From the IMG/VR virus record IMGVR_UViG_3300010883_019551, positions 15,700 to 79,699 of that record: a stretch of DNA of 64,000 bases, one strand, 5' to 3'. Both the position numbers and the translations under genes were made by a program. Shown here one piece after another: positions 58,147 through 64,000 of the stretch (position 1 is its first letter; each line of letters begins with the position of its first letter). This DNA is from a virus. The notes below the pieces were generated by a model, which was not told where the DNA came from, ran no database searches, and worked only from the letters and a program-made list of their open reading frames with translations.

Positions 58147-58377
58147 TGTGATTATCTCCTAGTTGTGTGATCACATTCTTACTTCAAACTCAAGAGGAAA
58201 ACACTCCTCTTTTTGATGCATAGTAAATTTATACTCTAAGTCATAAATGTACACCTCTGTATCAATAAAAATTAAATGCCTCTGGAGATCACGAAAACTC
58301 AAGGGCATATAAAACCTCGTTACTATAGTAAGGATGCAACCAGGGACCAACCAGATCCCTCTAAGAGCCCTCTAGAA

Positions 58378-58812
58378 CTATAGGGTATCATCATCGGAAG
58401 TGAGCATGCTGGTAATATTAATATCATCACCATCTGAAAAAGCTTTTAAGATCTTGACCAGATCTAGAACACGAGCGACCTCATTGATACCCATGACATC
58501 GAGTCCCATTAAGGCACGCATCTCCATGGCCTCAAGATCGACAGTAAGCTCACCGCCACCGAGGTCAAATGTAATTGCTCTAATAAATGTCTTAGGGCCA
58601 ACCTTGTGTCCGTCTTTGATCGCATGCGGGTGGCTCTTAAGGCCCATCTCATGTTCCATGCGCTCAACAGCATACTTGGCCTCTTTGAGGCCAGTGTTCG
58701 TCGCACTTCTAAGCTTCTTGATCGCAGCGATCTTACGGGAGTGGTTGATATCGTCTTTAATCTCGTTAAGGATCTTGGTGTCGACTTGGAGTCGTTTGTC
58801 GCCGTTACTCAT
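58378..58812 (-). CDS. Protein with ribosomal bL12 C-terminal-like domain
   Basis: KIAAIKKLRSATNTGLKEAKYAVE. Confidence 0.75.
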   Translation of the reverse strand: MSNGDKRLQVDTKILNEIKDDINHSRKIAAIKKLRSATNTGLKEAKYAVERMEHEMGLKSHPHAIKDGHKVGPKTFIRAITFDLGGGELTVDLEAMEMRALMGLDVMGINEVARVLDLVKILKAFSDGDDINITSMLTSDDDTL

Positions 58813-59062
58813 TAGTAATTACCTCTAGTGTGTTTGATTTTTCGTATGTAGCAAAAGCGTGTCCCCAAAGAACCAACACTCTATCAGATATCCCATCTTT
58901 TGTCGGACCGAACCCATCAACCATATTACCTCGGATGCACTTACCACGCTCTAGAGACTTATAGATCTTGAAAGCCTGCCGTGCACCGTAGTAGTCCTTG
59001 TCGACTTTCTCAACAATACCAATATGACCGTCATAAGACCTAACGAGATCACCTACTTTCAT
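58805..59062 (-). CDS. Small KOW/SH3-like hypothetical protein
   Basis: MKVGDLVR...GIV. Confidence 0.55.
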   Translation of the reverse strand: MKVGDLVRSYDGHIGIVEKVDKDYYGARQAFKIYKSLERGKCIRGNMVDGFGPTKDGISDRVLVLWGHAFATYEKSNTLEVITNE

Positions 59063-59152
59063 TATGATCCTTAGCTGGGAGAAAATGACATGTCATAATG
59101 AGGGTGAAGGGAATCACAAAGGCTGCACCGAATAAAACGAAGAAGGTTGACA

Positions 59153-59521
59153 CTATAGAGAGTCTCCGCAAACACCATGAAGTGCAAGATAATCGGCTTC
59201 CGGATAATCAGGATGAAGAACAAAGAGCTGAACACATGGACCATCTAGATCCTCAGTATCATCATCCTCAAAATAAGACCAACCCGCAAAATCCTTAGTA
59301 CCAGCCTCGGAATCAGCAAAATAGGTAGGCCCACCGCCGGTATAAACAACAGCACGACCACGACGATCTACAACTGAAATAGCGCGAGGCGCCGCACCGA
59401 ATGCACCAAAGGGTACCGCATCAAACGGAACCACAACACCACCATCACCACGACCATCGGGACGACCCCAACCGTTACGATCTGGCAGAAAACGAAAATC
59501 TGAAAGATTAAGAACTGACAT
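59153..59521 (-). CDS. Hypothetical protein
   Basis: ATG 59521 with AGGAG RBS (ORF-track extension to 59644 not used). Confidence 0.6.
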   Translation of the reverse strand: MSVLNLSDFRFLPDRNGWGRPDGRGDGGVVVPFDAVPFGAFGAAPRAISVVDRRGRAVVYTGGGPTYFADSEAGTKDFAGWSYFEDDDTEDLDGPCVQLFVLHPDYPEADYLALHGVCGDSL

Positions 59522-59522
59522 A

Positions 59523-59693
59523 TTATTCTCCTGGGATAATACCCATGTTAAGCAGCACTTCACCATGACCACCGCCTGGTGTGCCATAGGTGTATACGGT
59601 GCCTCCGTTACGAGCTGGTCGCTGCGGAATGAAAACCGTCCCAACCGGAAAAGTACATGTACCAGAGTTCCAAGATTCAGTAAGCGTAATCAT
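59523..59693 (-). CDS. 56-aa hypothetical protein (not in ORF track)
   Basis: MITLTESWNSG...IIPGE; TAATG-coupled to the upstream gene. Confidence 0.55.
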   Translation of the reverse strand: MITLTESWNSGTCTFPVGTVFIPQRPARNGGTVYTYGTPGGGHGEVLLNMGIIPGE

Positions 59694-59971
59694 TACAAAG
59701 ACTCCACAAAGTTAGTAACAGAGGCACCACCGATAAGACGCGGGGTACCGTTAACAGGAGGATGCGTATAGCGACCCACTCGAGTAGTAGAATCCTCACC
59801 GCCGAAAACATCACGCTCAACTAGAATACGATATCGAAGGCAGCCCTCAACAGTAACCAGCGACTCAACACGACCCTCTACAAAACAGGCACGGTCACCA
59901 TCAAGATCACGTCCACCGGGTGAGGTAGAAAAATCAAAAGAACGAACTCGATCACCAACTGAAACAGACAT
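59693..59971 (-). CDS. Small KOW/SH3-like hypothetical protein
   Basis: VGDRVRS; AGGAGG RBS; promoter at 60000..60028. Confidence 0.65.
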   Translation of the reverse strand: MSVSVGDRVRSFDFSTSPGGRDLDGDRACFVEGRVESLVTVEGCLRYRILVERDVFGGEDSTTRVGRYTHPPVNGTPRLIGGASVTNFVESL

Positions 59972-60097
59972 TATGCCTTTCCTCCTTAAGTACATGGTTA
60001 TTATACACCACCCCGGGGGCGATTTGCACAGGAAAGTTGGTTTTTTTAGTTTAGTTTGTTAGTAACCGGCCTGCCGGCTTCGCGCGCGCAGGGGGCC

Positions 60098-60280
60098 CTA
60101 ACTTTTATCTAGAAGCTCGAGATCGAGGGAGGCGACGTGACTAGTTTCTCCCGTACCCCATGATACGACACACTTAAGGTCATTATCAGCTAGGTCGCAG
60201 CGTAGTACGACACCAATACGATCAGTATCACGGCATTGAACTAGCGAACCCACTTTAATGGAGTGTACTGTCTCACCCAC
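60098..60280 (-). CDS. Small KOW/SH3-like hypothetical protein
   Basis: KVGSLV...GVV...VSW. Confidence 0.5.
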   Translation of the reverse strand: MGETVHSIKVGSLVQCRDTDRIGVVLRCDLADNDLKCVVSWGTGETSHVASLDLELLDKS

Positions 60281-60659
60281 AGCCGGCCTCCAGGAGATAT
60301 TGATCTGCTATCATGATTGACATCGATGGCTCATCGCAGCCCTTGGCTGCGCGCTCGCCTTCGACGGTTGGAAAAACATGTTGCCAAAAAGAAGGTCTAA
60401 CCCTCCAGACGCGGCCTCGCCACAGAACCTCCCGTACGAGCGTACGCTTAGAATCCATGGTTCTACCATGGGTCTTGATGAACTGTTCCTCAGAATGATC
60501 ACCGAGATACACTATGACCTCATTCTCAGCCGGCTCCCAATCATCCCACCATGCCATGAACTTGCTAACTTGAAGATGCGACCCATGCGGCGCGCCGTAC
60601 ACGTATAGACCGGAACGCGCCCGGAGCATCATGCCCTCGGTAAGGTCCTTGACTTTCAT
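60273..60659 (-). CDS. Hypothetical protein
   Basis: ATGA-coupled ORF. Confidence 0.55.
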   Translation of the reverse strand: MKVKDLTEGMMLRARSGLYVYGAPHGSHLQVSKFMAWWDDWEPAENEVIVYLGDHSEEQFIKTHGRTMDSKRTLVREVLWRGRVWRVRPSFWQHVFPTVEGERAAKGCDEPSMSIMIADQYLLEAGCG

Positions 60660-61042
60660 GTAGCGAGATCACTCCCACTCTCCGCATCCGTGTCGGCCTT
60701 GCCGCCGTCGATCACCCGGAGCTTGGACCTCATGCGATTACGCTCCATCTCTTCGAAGCTTTCCTCTATAAGACCCTCGAGCTCAGACTCATAGCGCATG
60801 AAGTCAACCATCCAGTCTTTTCGGTTAAGGGCATACATGAGAAAACTCAGACAGGTGCTTACTTGAGTCCACTCCTCGATGTCTATCTCTCCGGCAGTAT
60901 CGTCTGGAGAGGGTAACAGTAGTTTGATGTCTCCACCGGGCATCATCAAGATGCCACCCACCGGTGGCTCTTCGATTCCAGCCCACTTGAGAGACTTGTC
61001 AGTATCGCTTGATCCGCTAGCAATGATATTAGTTACATCCAC
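60656..61042 (-). CDS. Hypothetical protein
   Basis: GGAAGG RBS; acidic, ends with LRVIDGGK. Confidence 0.6.
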   Translation of the reverse strand: MDVTNIIASGSSDTDKSLKWAGIEEPPVGGILMMPGGDIKLLLPSPDDTAGEIDIEEWTQVSTCLSFLMYALNRKDWMVDFMRYESELEGLIEESFEEMERNRMRSKLRVIDGGKADTDAESGSDLAT

Positions 61043-61104
61043 ACTACACCTTCCTTCATGAGTATATTATAAATCGTATATGTCTCATTGTTTTAGTCAT
61101 ATGA

Positions 61105-61452
61105 TTAGTCATTTAGTGTGCGATCTGGTACTGCCATACCCAACCGCTTAAGATGTGATGTGTGTATTTGTACCAGCCCAAGACCGGTAATAACAGCGTA
61201 GACACCCCCACCCTTGTCTGCAGTGATCACTCCCATAGTGCCTACCGGGACGTTAGCGTTAACAGGGACATACGCTGAACTCACCGTGGTAGGGATATTA
61301 AGAGCAGCAGTGACTAGAACTAGGTCGCCTGGCTTGATAAAGGGCACGGTATCTCCATAAGATAACAGTATACGGAGAAACATATGTGTTAATTCTTTAT
61401 CAGCGTACATCGAAGACGATATCAGATGTAGCAGTCGTCGACGCAGGTGCAT
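61105..61452 (-). CDS. Hypothetical KOW-like protein (true start probably downstream)
   Basis: IKPGDLVLV...MGVI. Confidence 0.45.
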   Translation of the reverse strand: MHLRRRLLHLISSSMYADKELTHMFLRILLSYGDTVPFIKPGDLVLVTAALNIPTTVSSAYVPVNANVPVGTMGVITADKGGGVYAVITGLGLVQIHTSHLKRLGMAVPDRTLND

Positions 61453-61551
61453 GCGCGCGTTCGTGTTGCACCCATAGCCATATCCCTATAGCCGTTAACA
61501 GTGCAATTGCTGCCAGGCCGGGTCGGAAGGGGAGCTTACGCGATCTGCGTG

Positions 61552-62136
61552 TTACCATTTCTTGATAGGACACTGAGAAGCCTTAAGGAACGCCTTGAGT
61601 TCCATAAAACAACTACATTTTCCGCACCTGATCCGTCCCAGGGTCTCGAATGCCTCGGGACACTCACTACAGATGGCTAGCCGTTCCCTGTAATAGGCAC
61701 GCTGAGAAGGCTTCACCTCTGGTGTCTTGGGCCGGGGTACTTCATCCATCGCCTTGGGATTCGGAGTTACGCCATTCCACGTGAGCAATACAGCAAGATA
61801 GGCGTACGCAGTGGCCATGTCGTTGCCGGGGTTAGAGTTGATGATCTCGCTGTATAACCCCTTGATATTGTTGATGTTTTTAAGGTCGAGCCGGTCTCCG
61901 GTGAATCCCATCTTTTCCAGGACAGGGACGAGACTTCGTTCGACGTAACCCACGTATTGTGGAGTGAGCCCCTCTTTAAGGTTAACAGCTTTAGTCTGAG
62001 GCGCATTGGGGATGGGCGCCGCGGAATCATCCTTATCATAAGCCCTTGCGCGGCTGGAGTCATCATCTTTGACTGTTTTTGGGCTGTTCTTCTTTCGGAG
62101 CCCTTTGAAGCCACTGTCTAACTGCTTGATTTTCAT
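61552..62136 (-). CDS. Hypothetical protein with C-terminal Cys cluster
   Basis: RLAICSEC...CGKCSCFM..K.....CPIKKW. Confidence 0.65.
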   Translation of the reverse strand: MKIKQLDSGFKGLRKKNSPKTVKDDDSSRARAYDKDDSAAPIPNAPQTKAVNLKEGLTPQYVGYVERSLVPVLEKMGFTGDRLDLKNINNIKGLYSEIINSNPGNDMATAYAYLAVLLTWNGVTPNPKAMDEVPRPKTPEVKPSQRAYYRERLAICSECPEAFETLGRIRCGKCSCFMELKAFLKASQCPIKKW

Positions 62137-62211
62137 GATCTTCTATACTCACTATATGGGCTTTTAGTTAAAGTATATCCTGTCATTGCACAGCTGTACT
62201 GGAAAGTTTGA

Positions 62212-62364
62212 TCATTTTTCGGGAAGAATTTTTTGATCTTTTGGGCCCTTTTCTTTTTTAGTACTGCGTGCCTTTTTGATCCTCCATGCGAAATACACTA
62301 GTAGTCCGCCCGGTATTACCACGGCCATGACGAGTACTAGTCCATGCACTAGGGGGTTGTTCAT
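62212..62364 (-). CDS. 50-aa single-TM protein (not in ORF track)
   Basis: MNNPLVHGLVLVMAVVIPGGLLVYFAWRIKK...; ATGA overlap with the upstream gene. Confidence 0.55.
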   Translation of the reverse strand: MNNPLVHGLVLVMAVVIPGGLLVYFAWRIKKARSTKKEKGPKDQKILPEK

Positions 62365-62603
62365 CGACCTGAGGAATCATCTCCTGGGATATCGGCTTTT
62401 TCGGCCCGAGTGGCAGCATCGGCATCGAGGCGCCGCTTCATTTCGCGGCCTTCCTCTGGAGTGTCGACAGGGCATAACATACCCTTACCCACTAGATAGT
62501 AGCCATCGGATCGGCGTTCAACCCTAAGCTCTCCGTCTGTATTGAACGTGACACCGTCATTGAATCTCATGATACTCATCATCCACTCCTCATTTCTACT
62601 CAA
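62361..62603 (-). CDS. Hypothetical protein
   Basis: TTG start with AGGAG RBS. Confidence 0.6.
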   Translation of the reverse strand: MSRNEEWMMSIMRFNDGVTFNTDGELRVERRSDGYYLVGKGMLCPVDTPEEGREMKRRLDADAATRAEKADIPGDDSSGR

Positions 62604-62634
62604 TGTTATAACTCCTGTTATAACGGTAATAAAT

Positions 62635-62822
62635 GGCTGGGGTCACCCGACATCCCCAGCCTGGTACGGCCTACGTGACGACTTAAACCATGCCTGGCAC
62701 TTCGAAGTTCTTCGAACAGTCAGTCTGTCACATGCTTACACAATGACGCCTCTATCGCAACCGGCATGCCACTCATTGAGTGCCCGGTGATCTTGAGTAG
62801 AGAACTCTCATCCGTACCTCCC
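62635..62822 (-). ncRNA. Candidate structured non-coding RNA with 3' hairpin
   Basis: GGTACGG/CCGTACC closing stem, two long internal arms, then GGCTGGGG/CCCCAGCC hairpin; no credible ORF. Confidence 0.5.
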
Positions 62823-63179
62823 ACATTAATACATATCACATCCTAAAAAAAAGTTTTTGCCGAAGTCCCGCGAAGAAATTTTGGGTCGGGACCAAAACCA
62901 ACCTCCCCCAGAAGCCCGACTGAGTATGCAGAGAGGCCCTGCCGAGGGCCCTTTTTGGCCCATTTTTAAGGCCCTTTGTGAGGCCCTCTCGAGGGGGGCT
63001 ATGCCAGCCCTCTGCGAGGGCCTTGAGGGGGAGCCTTTACGGGGCCCTTCTAACCCCTTGATATTGTTGATTTAATTATAATCCGGGGGGCGACTGCCGG
63101 TTCAAGTCTCCGCGATCTCCGCGAAGCACGCCCTTAACTGGGGTTGATCATCATTTCCTACCTCCTATCTACAGTACTA

Positions 63180-63359
63180 TTATACCACAGTGGCCGCTGA
63201 TTTACACTGGCTACGATTCTTTTTTAGCCACCGACCGAGCTGAGCGCGGAGCTGCTGACTGGGTGCTGGGTCGGCTCCGTTACGGATGGCTCCCTCTAGC
63301 GCAGTCATCAATTCGCGTGCTGCCTTCCCGGCATTCTCTTCATAGGTTGCTTTGTACAT
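63180..63359 (-). CDS. Hypothetical protein
   Basis: MYKATYEENAG..., probable start at 63359. Confidence 0.45.
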   Translation of the reverse strand: MYKATYEENAGKAARELMTALEGAIRNGADPAPSQQLRAQLGRWLKKNRSQCKSAATVV

Positions 63360-63514
63360 ATGATCACCACATCGGAGGCTGATTGCGCCTCCAGTCCTTG
63401 TATCTCTCTCTTGCACTCATAGCCAACCAGCAGCCGATGAATGCGCATATCACCTCTCCCACCATGCATAACCCCTTGATAACGTTGATCTTTTTAGTTT
63501 TAGTCGCGCGTGTC

Positions 63515-64000
63515 TTAGACGTTACGCGAGGCTTGGACTGCCTTGACGACCTTCTGTCCGATCAACTTGTGGAGCTTCTGGATGTTAGGCAGATTCTGCG
63601 TGGTGCTGATCGCGTTCCAGAGCGACACCAGCATCTCACCACCGAGGTCACCAGCGAAGGCTGCGACGTTCTTAGCCTGCTTGGCCTTCCACTCGTTCTC
63701 CTTGCAGTGGGCGGTCACCTTCTCAATGATACCCGCGATGGTAGAAGCCTCTGCCTCTGCGATGCGGTCCTTGACGTCGTCGTAACCGTTGATGATGTCC
63801 TCAGCGGAGATCACCATCTCGTACTTCTCGACGAACTCGGTGAGCGCGATAGCTGCCTCGAAACCGACGAATCCAGTAGCCAGAGCGTAGAAGCCCTCCG
63901 GACGAGTACCGGCAATAGCTGCCGGGCTCATGCCACAAGAAGCGTACGTCTCAGCGAGACGGTGCCAGGAAGCGGGATTAGGAGCGACCGTACCAGGCTC
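63515..64000 (-). CDS. C-terminal part of a probable MoxR-like AAA+ ATPase (5' end beyond window)
   Basis: Frame is open to the window edge; APNPASW resembles the P-x-P-R-S-W lid motif; strongly GC3-biased codons. Confidence 0.5.
   Translation of the reverse strand, partial: EPGTVAPNPASWHRLAETYASCGMSPAAIAGTRPEGFYALATGFVGFEAAIALTEFVEKYEMVISAEDIINGYDDVKDRIAEAEASTIAGIIEKVTAHCKENEWKAKQAKNVAAFAGDLGGEMLVSLWNAISTTQNLPNIQKLHKLIGQKVVKAVQASRNV

Larger units (their letters stand above)
61855..63489. repeat. Three copies of a 21-bp motif containing the IHF consensus (61855-61875, 63051-63071, 63469-63489)
   Basis: TAACCCCTTGATAttGTTGAT; reverse complement contains TATCAAGGGGTTA = WATCAANNNNTTR. Confidence 0.7.

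Noticed and set aside
59522-59644. Extension of ORF 59153..59644
   Set aside because: Better explained by a separate coupled 56-aa ORF (59523..59693) and a start at 59521
62690-62730. Hammerhead ribozyme or tRNA-like call for the structured RNA
   Set aside because: CUGACUG does not match CUGAnGA and no GAAA core; the UUCGAA sequences form a stem rather than a T-loop
62857-63075. 72-aa plus-strand ORF over the palindrome patch
   Set aside because: TTG start without RBS, against local gene orientation; low-complexity product
1-64000. Alternative genetic code (stop-codon reassignment)
   Set aside because: Standard-code ORFs tile the window densely, and TAA, TAG and TGA all end recognisable full-length genes

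Overview
This 64 kb window looks like part of a large (jumbo-type) tailed-phage genome rather than a cellular chromosome. Genes are dense and almost all on the minus strand, there are two very large tail-fibre-like genes, and host-like functions appear singly outside their normal operons. 1-23.1 kb: a continuous cluster of ~27 glycan biosynthesis and decoration genes (KDO8P synthase, two CMP-ulosonate synthetase-like enzymes, a split ADP-heptose pathway, GT2/GT4/GT9/GT29-like and Maf-like transferases, Glf, a carbamoyltransferase, methyltransferases). 23.3-35 kb: a virion appendage block (1487 aa and 2183 aa repeat-rich proteins). 35-58 kb: a host-takeover block with PIN-PhoH, a stand-alone sigma-70 region-4 protein, a tubulin/FtsZ-family GTPase, a tmRNA (tag ANNDNYEYALAA), an Hc1-like histone-type protein, a degenerate GroEL, YeaH-SpoVR-PrkA, a DinG helicase, ClpP, tRNA-Gly, tRNA-Thr, MT-A70, a SET domain, a eukaryote-type PMM, an M15 peptidase and Hsp20. 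58-64 kb: small, more GC-rich early-type genes, three IHF-consensus repeats, a GGCCC palindrome patch and a candidate ~190-nt structured ncRNA. The strongest leads are (i) a phage glycosylation system next to fibres rich in (S/T)-(G/A/S)-S motifs, (ii) a SET domain plus Hc1-like protein pair, (iii) a phage proteostasis set, (iv) the structured ncRNA and (v) two recurring promoter-like motifs. All product calls come from motif recognition by eye; no database searches were run.
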